From a virus (taxonomy: Duplodnaviria > Caudoviricetes), in IMG/VR virus record IMGVR_UViG_3300030329_003281, positions 1 to 54,487 of that record: a stretch of 54,487 nucleotides of DNA. The stretch is one strand, 5' to 3'. The notes below the pieces were generated by a model, which had not been told where the DNA came from, did not search any database, and worked only from the letters and a program-made list of their open reading frames with translations. A program made the position numbers and the translations under genes. This document shows, piece by piece, positions 1 to 8,255 of the stretch. Each line of letters begins with the position of its first letter. Position 1 is the stretch's first letter.

Positions 1-1
1 T

Positions 2-82
2 GGATCGGTCAAACTTCGCGATGGCACAGACCTGTACTCGGAGCGCGCCGGTGTTCAGAGCGAGTTAGGAGAGTTGATATAA
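2..82 (+). CDS. 3' end of a gene truncated by the window edge (GSVKLRDGTDLYSERAGVQSELGELI*)
   Basis: Open frame from base 2 to TAA 80-82, which overlaps the ATG at 82 (TAATG coupling). Confidence 0.5.
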   Translation, partial: GSVKLRDGTDLYSERAGVQSELGELI

Positions 83-435
83 TGACTGTACGTGTGACGA
101 AAAGCGCGAAAACGATTGAAGATGGTATTCTGAACATGAAGAATGCCATGATCTTTGATTATCAAGGTTTCATGCCGCCGGATAATGATGTACGGCGAAA
201 AATGTTTGATGACTATGTGAATACCTTGAGCGAGACATACGGAAGCAAGTACATCAAGGTGATCTCGAAAGGTTCTGTGAGTGCCTTTATCGTGAATACC
301 GAGAACGACAAGAAGTTTCGGTATGGTGACATTCTGAAACCTGCAGGTTGGAAAGCTCCCGCACGTAATGCATCTCGTGGTAACGTGCTGGATGGTAGTT
401 ATGATATAAATTGGACAGGAGCGTGTTACTTATGA
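82..435 (+). CDS. conserved phage hypothetical protein (KPAGWKAPA motif)
   Basis: SD-like AGGAG upstream; the KYIKV...GDILKPAGWKAPA...RGNV...WTG pattern resembles small accessory proteins of large phages. Confidence 0.7.
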   Translation: MTVRVTKSAKTIEDGILNMKNAMIFDYQGFMPPDNDVRRKMFDDYVNTLSETYGSKYIKVISKGSVSAFIVNTENDKKFRYGDILKPAGWKAPARNASRGNVLDGSYDINWTGACYL

Positions 436-545
436 AAATTCTAAATATGTTAGGCACAGTCATGATGTACTCGGTTGTGTATGTGATTTGTCCTTTTTTC
501 TTTGCATGTGCACTTGTTGGTGTTCAACCGTGGAGAGTTTTTTGA
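432..545 (+). CDS. small hydrophobic protein, 37 aa (MKILNMLGTVMMYSVVYVICPFFFACALVGVQPWRVF)
   Basis: Translated by hand; ATGA overlap with the upstream stop and TTGA overlap with the next start. Confidence 0.45.
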   Translation: MKILNMLGTVMMYSVVYVICPFFFACALVGVQPWRVF

Positions 546-730
546 AATCAATTCGATTTGCTCCTAAATCTTCTTTTGACCTTGACCCATATCTTGTCAT
601 AGTTGAAAGAAACGGTAGGTTCTGTCGTTGCATACAATACAACAAAGCAAATACTTTCACAATACATGATGTGATAAAAGAACTGCGGCAGACCTATCCA
701 TCTTCAAAAGGTTATAGAGTGAGTTACTGA
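542..730 (+). CDS. hypothetical protein (probable TTG start at 542, not 488)
   Basis: In frame with ORF 488..730; GGAG at 532-535 precedes TTG 542, which overlaps the TGA of the upstream small ORF. Confidence 0.45.
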   Translation: MKSIRFAPKSSFDLDPYLVIVERNGRFCRCIQYNKANTFTIHDVIKELRQTYPSSKGYRVSY

Positions 731-804
731 TATCAAATTAAATAGCCTTTCTTCTTCTGTAATAATTCTAATAGTATTTTTATTAATGTGTGTAGTTTGG
801 TGAT

Positions 805-1338
805 ATGAACATTTATCTAGACATGGATGGTGTTATTGCTGACTTTTTTACAGAGTTAGCCAGACACTATAACGTTAATCATTGGAAAGATTTACCAAAC
901 AAGGATGAATCCGTAAAGGCACTCAAGGGTACTGATTTTTTTGAGCGACTGCCAAAGTTTCCAACGTCAGATGAATTAGTTGAGTATATTCATACACTTA
1001 CGAATGGTGAATGGTATATTCTATCTGCTCCTTTGCGTGAAGACCATGAACACAGTACAGCCATGAAAAGAAAATGGTTGGTCAAACATGGTTACACGCC
1101 CAAGGATGCATACTTTGACAGTAGAAAAGAAAAGTATGCTATCGATGAGAATGGTCGAGCGAATATTCTGATTGATGACCGAGAAGAGAAGTTAACATCT
1201 TGGACAAAGAATCATGGCATTGGTATTCTTTATCAAGCCAATGAACATTCGGTTGACGATCTTAAGAGACTGATAAAAAGATTGTACTCATCTATAAATC
1301 CTAACTTAATTACTGGTTCTATTTTTACGTTGCCTTAA
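805..1338 (+). CDS. HAD-family 5'(3')-deoxyribonucleotidase (NT5C-like)
   Basis: HAD motif I IYLDMDGVIADF, motif II ILSAP, KRKWL, and motif IV ILIDDR. Confidence 0.85.
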   Translation: MNIYLDMDGVIADFFTELARHYNVNHWKDLPNKDESVKALKGTDFFERLPKFPTSDELVEYIHTLTNGEWYILSAPLREDHEHSTAMKRKWLVKHGYTPKDAYFDSRKEKYAIDENGRANILIDDREEKLTSWTKNHGIGILYQANEHSVDDLKRLIKRLYSSINPNLITGSIFTLP

Positions 1339-1339
1339 A

Positions 1340-1468
1340 ATGAAAAAGAAACCATCAAAACTTAAACGAATTGTTCGGGATCCGAATGGACCGTTTCGTA
1401 TGCGAGTGGTGAGTGATAAAACGAAATACACTCGTAAGACTAAGCACAAGAATAAGGAAGACGCATGA
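1340..1468 (+). CDS. ArfA-like (alternative ribosome-rescue factor A) basic peptide, 42 aa
   Basis: Hand translation MKKKPSKLKRIVRDPNGPFRMRVVSDKTKYTRKTKHKNKEDA. It fills the gap between two genes, ends in an ATGA overlap with 1465, and resembles the ArfA core PxFRxRV...YxRKxKH. Confidence 0.6.
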   Translation: MKKKPSKLKRIVRDPNGPFRMRVVSDKTKYTRKTKHKNKEDA

Positions 1469-1668
1469 TTTTTACACGTAAGTCCATTATCAGTGGTATT
1501 AATCGGGATATGGACCTTCCCGTAACACAAGAGCAATATGACCGTTACAAAAGCGGTTGGTATGTACAGGATGCATTTCCTAACCTTTCAGACGACGAGC
1601 GAGAATTTATCATTAGTGGTGTGACGGCCGAGGAGTGGTCTAACATCTTTGGTGATGAGGAGCAATAA
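1465..1668 (+). CDS. conserved phage hypothetical protein
   Basis: SD-like AAGGAAG upstream; the QDAFPNLSDDEREFIISG..AEEW pattern is typical of a small phage protein family. Confidence 0.65.
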   Translation: MIFTRKSIISGINRDMDLPVTQEQYDRYKSGWYVQDAFPNLSDDEREFIISGVTAEEWSNIFGDEEQ

Positions 1669-1703
1669 ATGAGCAAAGTGGAACGATACATAAGAGTATA
1701 TCT

Positions 1704-1780
1704 GCGCCCGTAGCTCAATCGGATAGAGCATCGGCCTTCTAAGCCGAGGGTTGCAGGTTCGAGTCCTGCTGGGCGCGCCA
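1704..1780 (+). tRNA. tRNA-Arg, anticodon TCT (reads AGA), CCA end encoded
   Basis: Acceptor stem GCGCCCG/TGGGCGC, D arm GCTC...GAGC, anticodon arm TCGGC-CTTCTAA-GCCGA, T arm GCAGG-TTCGAGT-CCTGC, 3' end GCCA. Confidence 0.97.
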
Positions 1781-1801
1781 ATTTTATGAGAGGATTATAT
1801 A

Positions 1802-2173
1802 ATGGGTCTTGACCAATACATGATGAAACGTAATGGAAACCTAACTTCAGGCGACACTGATGAGACAGATGTAGTTGAGATTGCTTACTGGCGCAAGAGG
1901 CGTCACATTCAAAATTGGATGGAAGAAAAGTGGCGTGAACTCGGCAATACTGGTGAGTTTAATTGCGTAGCGCTTGACATGACTCATGAACTCTTAGATA
2001 AACTCGAAAAGGATGTTGCACATAATAAACTTGACGAGTATGATGCAAGTGGTTTCTTTTATGGCTCTTTTGACTTCACAGAAGAGGATGAGCAATATCT
2101 ATTGAGTACCATTCTGGAATGCCGTAAGGCCATTGATGATGGATGGCATGTTTTCTACGATAGCTGGTGGTAG
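1802..2173 (+). CDS. conserved phage hypothetical protein (MGLDQY...YWRK...YDSWW family)
   Basis: SD GAGG upstream; recognisable N-terminal MGLD, central YWRK and C-terminal SWW motifs. Confidence 0.7.
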   Translation: MGLDQYMMKRNGNLTSGDTDETDVVEIAYWRKRRHIQNWMEEKWRELGNTGEFNCVALDMTHELLDKLEKDVAHNKLDEYDASGFFYGSFDFTEEDEQYLLSTILECRKAIDDGWHVFYDSWW

Positions 2174-2176
2174 TAT

Positions 2177-2287
2177 ATGACTGAGAAAGAATTCAAGGTC
2201 ATAGAGATACCGTTATGGATACACATCCTAGTACAAACGATCGTTGGTCTTGTATTCTTACTCGCCCTATTCTATAATCTATTATAA
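2177..2287 (+). CDS. small single-TM membrane protein, 36 aa
   Basis: Hand translation MTEKEFKVIEIPLWIHILVQTIVGLVFLLALFYNLL; starts 3 nt after the previous stop. Confidence 0.45.
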   Translation: MTEKEFKVIEIPLWIHILVQTIVGLVFLLALFYNLL

Positions 2288-2412
2288 AATAAATACTTGA
2301 AAATGAAACATCTAGAAGATTTCCTTTTTTATTTTCCGACAGGAATACGTTCCCTATTTGTAACAGGAGTATCTATGATTATAGAAATACTTTATGTTGC
2401 TGTTATTGCGAT

Positions 2413-2904
2413 TTGTTGTTGGATGTTAGTACGTTGATTATACTAGATATAACAGGCGGCATAAAACGAGACAGAATACTTGCTGAAAAGGTGATTAAAT
2501 TCTGTATCAAAAAACTATTGCCACGTCATCGCAATCTAGATATAACCTGTACACTCAGCGATACACTTAAGGATGGTTTGTATGGCTGGTGTATCGATTC
2601 TTATGAAAAGAAAACTTATGAAATTGGAATAGACAAAAGACTATCCAGAGATGGTATTATAGAAAATGTTGATGATGGCATCGATGCGTTCATTACGACT
2701 ATCTGTCATGAGATGATACACGTTATGCAATACGCAACAAAAAAATATGTCCAGCCAAGTGCGTCGTATCAAATGTGGAAATGCAAAGATAGCAAATATA
2801 GAAACTATGCACGAACTGATTATAATAAACAGCCATGGGAGACACAGGCCTATGCGATGGAAGATGCATTAGCAGAAGAGTTCATAGAAACTTATAATGA
2901 GTAA
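2413..2904 (+). CDS. HEXXH zinc metallopeptidase-like protein (start may be TTG 2434)
   Basis: TICHEMIHVMQY zincin motif plus a downstream QPWETQAY third-ligand motif. Confidence 0.75.
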   Translation: MLLDVSTLIILDITGGIKRDRILAEKVIKFCIKKLLPRHRNLDITCTLSDTLKDGLYGWCIDSYEKKTYEIGIDKRLSRDGIIENVDDGIDAFITTICHEMIHVMQYATKKYVQPSASYQMWKCKDSKYRNYARTDYNKQPWETQAYAMEDALAEEFIETYNE

Positions 2905-2909
2905 TTGAA

Positions 2910-3080
2910 ATGGAAGGTTTATTATTATTGTTAGCGATTGGGTTTCTAACATATTATTTTATACGACATCCTTTAATAACAATATCTGTTATACTTAAAG
3001 TGTTAGGTTTATTGATTCTAGGAATACTTGTACTCGGTGCAATTATTTTTGGTGTTGCTTTACTTGGACATGGATTATAA
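2910..3080 (+). CDS. small two-TM membrane protein, 56 aa
   Basis: Hand translation MEGLLLLLAIGFLTYYFIRHPLITISVILKVLGLLILGILVLGAIIFGVALLGHGL; TAATG overlap with the next gene. Confidence 0.55.
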   Translation: MEGLLLLLAIGFLTYYFIRHPLITISVILKVLGLLILGILVLGAIIFGVALLGHGL

Positions 3081-3694
3081 TGAAATATAAAGAATGGTAC
3101 ACGCCAGGATATGGCACAGAGAAGGTCGGCCCGTTTCTCATTGGTTTGATGGAAATGGCTCGACCACAAAAGGTATTAGAGATTGGGTTTGGTTACACCA
3201 CGCCTTTTCTTATGGAAGGCTTGAAAAATAATTTTGAATTGCATTGGGATGGTAATTGCGATCCTGAATTCATGAAAACAAAATACGACCCACGATTGGT
3301 TGTGATTGATGATCAAAGTCTAGAAACAGATGAGACTAGAGCAGACAATAGACGAAAGTTGATTACTGATCATACATCAAACATGGTTGACTTCATTGAA
3401 GGCGACTTCATGAGTCCAGATATTATGTCTCAAGTGAAAGACACTCACTCTGAATTTGATATGTGCTGGTTTGATTGTGGAGGTCCAATCGAATTGCAAT
3501 TCTTTCTTGACAATTATCTTGATATAGTCAAAGAGTATTTTGTCGTTCACTTTACTTTCTTCAAAGGTAAAGAAAACAAGAACGGCGAGACTATATCAAA
3601 GTTTCTAGAAACCAAATCACATATACAGCGATTAGATATAATCGAGCCACATAAGTACCGACAAGGTAGCATCACTATTTTAAGAAAGACTTGA
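3080..3694 (+). CDS. class I SAM-dependent methyltransferase (Methyltransf_24-like)
   Basis: RPQKVLEIGFGYTT motif I, VVIDD, FIEGDF, FDMCWFDCGG. Confidence 0.75.
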   Translation: MKYKEWYTPGYGTEKVGPFLIGLMEMARPQKVLEIGFGYTTPFLMEGLKNNFELHWDGNCDPEFMKTKYDPRLVVIDDQSLETDETRADNRRKLITDHTSNMVDFIEGDFMSPDIMSQVKDTHSEFDMCWFDCGGPIELQFFLDNYLDIVKEYFVVHFTFFKGKENKNGETISKFLETKSHIQRLDIIEPHKYRQGSITILRKT

Positions 3695-3909
3695 TTATGA
3701 ATTTTTCGTTAGAGTATTGTCTTAGTCTCGAAGAAAAGGTAAAGATCTTAGAAAAGAGATGTGATATGCAACAAGAAATTATAGAAGAAATCAATTTCTT
3801 GTTGAGATATTATGCCAACAACGTTGAAAGGAAAATGAAAGAACATGAGCAGTTTGTCAAATCTTGCGAAGACCTTGCAGAGCAAGAACAAGCCGTCAAC
3901 GCTGTTTGA
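3691..3909 (+). CDS. coiled-coil hypothetical protein
   Basis: TTGA overlap with the upstream gene and a heptad-like sequence; it overlaps the next ORF by about 65 nt. Confidence 0.45.
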   Translation: MIMNFSLEYCLSLEEKVKILEKRCDMQQEIIEEINFLLRYYANNVERKMKEHEQFVKSCEDLAEQEQAVNAV

Positions 3910-4540
3910 GAGAACACCGCTTTCAAAAAATTTTATAGAAAAGTTTCCTGTCATTAATGTAGACTTGATGCCTTTGGCTTCAAAAGAAATTCCCGATCAG
4001 GACTTAACACTTAATGAGAATCTTGAAAGACAGATTCGCGAATACGGTGATACTCAGTACAAAAGAACCAATGTCAAAGCACATATGACTGATTGGTTCA
4101 TGCATGATAACTCAAAAGGTTTTCAGTGGGTTTGCAATAGAGCAATTGATATTGCAACAGAAAATAATCCACATCAACTAGATATGATTGCTTATGATTG
4201 TTGGGGTGCCATATACAAAGATGGTGACTATACAATCATGCATAATCATTGGCCGCATCTTTGGAGTTTTGTTTACTATGTGAACTGTCCTGAAGGTTCG
4301 GCACCATTGAACTTTGACAAGGCCGAGAAACCTTTGCGAATTATGCCAAAGACAGGTATGATGGTTATGTTTCCTGGCTGGGTCAATCATTCGGTTCCCG
4401 CACATATTGGTGATGATAGAATTGTCATTGCTGGTAATCTCACAATAAATCCCTTCTCACATATTCAGACACTAGAGAATCGCGGATTAGGCCAATGGCG
4501 TTCTGTCTACGGCAACAGAGGCAACGTCAACAGGTTGTAG
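3845..4540 (+). CDS. 2OG-Fe(II) oxygenase (TIGR02466-like)
   Basis: WGAIY...HNH..WSFVYYV...MVMFPGWVNHSVP...RIVIAGN, i.e. HxH...H...R double-stranded beta-helix signature. Confidence 0.85.
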   Translation: MSSLSNLAKTLQSKNKPSTLFERTPLSKNFIEKFPVINVDLMPLASKEIPDQDLTLNENLERQIREYGDTQYKRTNVKAHMTDWFMHDNSKGFQWVCNRAIDIATENNPHQLDMIAYDCWGAIYKDGDYTIMHNHWPHLWSFVYYVNCPEGSAPLNFDKAEKPLRIMPKTGMMVMFPGWVNHSVPAHIGDDRIVIAGNLTINPFSHIQTLENRGLGQWRSVYGNRGNVNRL

Positions 4541-4546
4541 TTCACT

Positions 4547-4554
4547 TATAAATA
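4547..4554 (+). promoter_or_regulatory. T4-type late promoter TATAAATA
   Basis: Exact gp55 consensus in the intergenic gap before the gp5 N-terminal gene. Confidence 0.8.
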
Positions 4555-4570
4555 CTTCTATAACTTAGGA

Positions 4571-5683
4571 GTGTTTGTAATTGTGAAACTTCAAGATATT
4601 TCAAACTTTGCTGGACTTGATGGTTTTTGCTGGTTTGTTGGTCAAGTAGAAGCTCGTGTAGTATCATATGATGCAGGAACAAGAACTGTAACACAAACTA
4701 CATATGATGATTTTGGTGAACCAGATGGAACTGAGCAAGTTCAAGTTTCCGGTTCAGTAACAACTCCTGATCCTTTACGATTGGGTAGAGTTAAGGTTCG
4801 CTGTATAGGTTATCATACTCAAGACAGAGATCAGTTGCCCACTGAGGATTTACCGTGGGCGACTGTGCTGCATCCAATAACATCTCCTGGCATTAGCGGT
4901 GTCGGAACAAATCCATTTCTAATAGAAGGAACCACAGTGTTTGGTTTCTTTCTTGATGCACATGATAAACAGCATCCTGTTATTCTAGGTTGTTTTGCAG
5001 GACGTGATGCACCAGGCGCATCATCTGATTATCGTGTATCATCAAGAACTGGTGCAACAGGGCCGACACTCGCAGATGCAGAACCATACGAACAGACAGG
5101 TGAAGTAGAGCATGATGCAGAAGATGTTGTTACTTGTGCAGAAAATGGTGTGTTTGGCCCATCATCTTCAGTCGGTTCAGGACCAAATGCTAGAACAGTA
5201 TACTCAAACTATAATGAAGGCGCAGCAAATTCTAACATCAGAGGACTTCTTAAAGAGTACGGTGGCCCAGGCGTCGCTAGGTATGTTGGAAATAAATCCG
5301 ATAGTCAACTTCTATGGTGTGCCGCTTGGGCATCAGCCGCACTCAATCGTTGTGGTTTTAAAAGTCCAAACACAACTGGATCTCAAGTATTCGGATCTAA
5401 CGCATCTCAATATGGTGATGTGATAGCAACGGGTAAAGACTTTTCTGTAGATAAACTTAAAAAAGGAGATGTAATAGTTTATAAGTGGCCTCCTGGCAGT
5501 GGTTCTACAGGTCATGTTGGATTTTATACTGGTAAATCAACAGCTAACCAGATTGGTGTTTTGGGAGGAAATCAAAGTAATACATTATCTTCAAAACTCA
5601 TGGGTACTAAAGATATTGCATATGTTGTTAGACCGAGAAGGGCAAGTGCTTCACTAACGGCCTCTGCGGCTAGAGAGATTTAA
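4571..5683 (+). CDS. gp5: baseplate hub gp5 N-terminal OB domain fused to a TIGR02594-like CHAP/NlpC-P60-type Cys-His peptidase
   Basis: WFVGQVE...DPLRLGRVKVRCIGYHT...LPTEDLPWA...VFGFFLD...QHPVILG is the gp5 OB fold; the C-terminus has WCAAW, GDVIVY, GHVGFY and LGGNQSN. Confidence 0.85.
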   Translation: MFVIVKLQDISNFAGLDGFCWFVGQVEARVVSYDAGTRTVTQTTYDDFGEPDGTEQVQVSGSVTTPDPLRLGRVKVRCIGYHTQDRDQLPTEDLPWATVLHPITSPGISGVGTNPFLIEGTTVFGFFLDAHDKQHPVILGCFAGRDAPGASSDYRVSSRTGATGPTLADAEPYEQTGEVEHDAEDVVTCAENGVFGPSSSVGSGPNARTVYSNYNEGAANSNIRGLLKEYGGPGVARYVGNKSDSQLLWCAAWASAALNRCGFKSPNTTGSQVFGSNASQYGDVIATGKDFSVDKLKKGDVIVYKWPPGSGSTGHVGFYTGKSTANQIGVLGGNQSNTLSSKLMGTKDIAYVVRPRRASASLTASAAREI

Positions 5684-5684
5684 A

Positions 5685-7190
5685 ATGATCGCAGACCCTA
5701 AATTACCAGGCAAAGTATCGGCAGCAATTGAGGGAATTCAATTTGATGATTTTGGCGAAACTTTAATAAAAACAGCAGAATCCGCTAGAGATGTCATTCC
5801 TGACTTGATCGATAATGAGGTCTTGAGTAGTTTACAAAGTGCTGCAAAAGGTCTTGAAGGTTTATCTATACCAACAAGTCTTGCAGATATGCCGGACATT
5901 GCAAAAGAACTTTCTGGCGAAATCAATTTAACAAAACAAAAGCTTGATGCTGTGATCAGTCAGTCACTTGGTAGTCTAACAACAAGTGCGGCTACTCTTG
6001 CTCCATTAATGAAGGATAAATCTGTTGAAGTGCTCGGGCAACTTCGCAAAGCCATTCCACAGATACCCGAACTACCTAACATAAATTTGCAAGGCCAACT
6101 TGGTGATATGCTTTCCAATAAACTCGGTGGATTAAATGTGGCATCACAATTGTCGTCTATAAAGGATACCTTTGGTGAGGCATTAACAAACAAAGGTATA
6201 GACTTAGATAATCTAGTTGATACTTTGACATTTGCTGCGGACCCTAATGTGCTAACACAATTGGGTGATATGGATGATTTGATTGATAATATGAAATCAA
6301 AGATAGAGAATCTGGGCAACCCATTAGGAGAACTTACTAAGTCGTTTGAGATAGTTCAAAATGTTGGTGGGTCATTATCTGATGTTGATGTTGAACGAAT
6401 AAAAGAAACAATGGACTCACTTGATAGAACAGAAATTGTTAATATCGTTCGAGAAGAAATTCAAATCCCATCAATAAACAAGCAGGCGTTGAAAAGTTTG
6501 AAGAATAACCTTACCTCTCAAGTTGGCCAACTAGAAGGACTTAAAAATAAACTGAAAGGTTTAGTTGGTAAAGGTAGTGGTGACATATCTGATATGATCT
6601 CTAAGGTTGTTCCTAATCTTGAAAAACTTCCCTCTGGTGAAATTGTAGAGAAGGCAAAAAAGTCTCTTTTGGCTGCTGTTGATTCCGTACAAGAACAAGC
6701 AACTGAATTGAATCTAAATGCTAACGTAACATTGATAACTAAGAAACTAGAGAACAATATTGCAGCATTTACTGCTGGAGAGGGTAAAGGAAAAATTGTT
6801 TTTGATGATCTTGCTAAGAAAGTTAAAATAGAACTTTCAGATGCAAAAGAACAACTTTCAAAACTTGATATACCCAAAGATTTGGATAAAGTGATGAGTC
6901 AAGTTACAGAGCAAATGAAATCTGTTGATGGAGAAATCCTGAAATTCTCTCAGGCATTAGCTGAGAACGCTCCTACTCTAAGGAAAAATGTTCAGAGACA
7001 AGTAAACAATCTTCCTATAGAACTCAAAGGTCTGTTTTCTGCTGGTCAGGAAACTCCTTTAGACTTGACTGCTCTTTCTAGTAAAATAGAGGATGCAGGT
7101 AAACTTTTAGAGGGGGCTGCTGATAAACTTAAACCACAACTAAAAAAGGGTGCCTCACGATTGAGGGAAGCGATTGAAGAGATCGCATAA
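5685..7190 (+). CDS. large alpha-helical hypothetical protein between the two gp5 parts
   Basis: 501 aa, rich in Leu/Lys/Ser, amphipathic, with no motif I recognise; starts 1 nt after the gp5N stop. Confidence 0.6.
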   Translation: MIADPKLPGKVSAAIEGIQFDDFGETLIKTAESARDVIPDLIDNEVLSSLQSAAKGLEGLSIPTSLADMPDIAKELSGEINLTKQKLDAVISQSLGSLTTSAATLAPLMKDKSVEVLGQLRKAIPQIPELPNINLQGQLGDMLSNKLGGLNVASQLSSIKDTFGEALTNKGIDLDNLVDTLTFAADPNVLTQLGDMDDLIDNMKSKIENLGNPLGELTKSFEIVQNVGGSLSDVDVERIKETMDSLDRTEIVNIVREEIQIPSINKQALKSLKNNLTSQVGQLEGLKNKLKGLVGKGSGDISDMISKVVPNLEKLPSGEIVEKAKKSLLAAVDSVQEQATELNLNANVTLITKKLENNIAAFTAGEGKGKIVFDDLAKKVKIELSDAKEQLSKLDIPKDLDKVMSQVTEQMKSVDGEILKFSQALAENAPTLRKNVQRQVNNLPIELKGLFSAGQETPLDLTALSSKIEDAGKLLEGAADKLKPQLKKGASRLREAIEEIA

Positions 7191-7202
7191 AAGAGCAATA
7201 CT

Positions 7203-8255
7203 ATGATAGAAACAATATACGGACCAAACCCTATACAAGACTCAGGCAAAGGTGGACATTCGAACCAAGGCACACCTGAAGCTTCAAAGGGCACTTTACC
7301 TGATGGAACTCAAGGTCAGGAACTTGAACCTAGCACTAAAAGAGCCAGGTCACTAGAACATAGAAAAGAAAATGGAAACGGTATACCTGTAGCGACTAAA
7401 CCAAACTTATCATCTGTATCAGATGATCCAAAGGTTTCCGGCACACCAGAAGATCCTGAACAATTGCGAATGAGTGAGCCACATTATGCTGGTGTTGATC
7501 CTAATGATGAAACTTATGTGAGTGCTCAGTATCCTTATGTTCACGTTGAAAAAAGTGAGGCCGGGCACCTTAGAGTTGTGGATGATACTCTTGGTGGCGA
7601 ACGATTGCTCACTCAACACAAGACAGGAACACTTGATGAGTATTTACCAAACGGTGACAAAAGAGTAAGGATTATAGGCGATGGGTATGAAATCATTGCT
7701 GGACAAAAAAATATATTCATTGGGGCAGGAGGTAGAGCTAGTAGAGAGGATGCTCTGAACCTTACTGTTAACGGTAATGTTCGTCAACTAGTAAAAGGCG
7801 ATTATGTATTAGAAGTTGAAGGTGACTATTATGAAAAAGTTCATGGTAGTAGATACACAAAGATTGGTGCCAAAGGTGGCGGTGGTAACTATGAGATAGA
7901 AATACGAGGCAACTATTCTGCACAGATTAACGAAGACTATAAATTACACGTTACAGAAGACTATGACTTAGTGGTTGATAAAAATAGAACAAGTATCATA
8001 AACGGTAAGGATATACTTGGCGTCACAGAAGATATTTCACTTATATCAACCACAGGAAATATCTTGTTGTCGGCTATGAAGAATGTTGCTATCAATACAA
8101 ACGATAGTGCTGCAGGAACCATTTCATTGAAGGCAGCAAGTAATATTGATACTCGTTCTACTACAACGACAGATATAACCGCTGGAACCATACTTAATCT
8201 TCATTCTGGTGATCAAACGCCAACCTCGACCAATAGGATAAATTTAAACCCGTGA
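7203..8255 (+). CDS. gp5: gp5 C-terminal part (beta-helix spike)
   Basis: AQYPYVHVEKSEAGHLRVVDDTLGGERL..QHKTGT..E motif, repeated VxGD/VxGN 8-residue strands, and a C-terminal RINLNP. Confidence 0.85.
   Translation: MIETIYGPNPIQDSGKGGHSNQGTPEASKGTLPDGTQGQELEPSTKRARSLEHRKENGNGIPVATKPNLSSVSDDPKVSGTPEDPEQLRMSEPHYAGVDPNDETYVSAQYPYVHVEKSEAGHLRVVDDTLGGERLLTQHKTGTLDEYLPNGDKRVRIIGDGYEIIAGQKNIFIGAGGRASREDALNLTVNGNVRQLVKGDYVLEVEGDYYEKVHGSRYTKIGAKGGGGNYEIEIRGNYSAQINEDYKLHVTEDYDLVVDKNRTSIINGKDILGVTEDISLISTTGNILLSAMKNVAINTNDSAAGTISLKAASNIDTRSTTTTDITAGTILNLHSGDQTPTSTNRINLNP

Noticed and set aside
1669-1713. 14-codon ORF (MSKVERYIRVYLRP) running into the tRNA
   Set aside because: It is too short and ends inside the tRNA; it is most likely tRNA leader sequence.
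1545-1781. 78-aa minus-strand ORF (MARPAGLEPATLGLEGRCS...)
   Set aside because: This is the typical spurious translation of a tRNA reverse complement.
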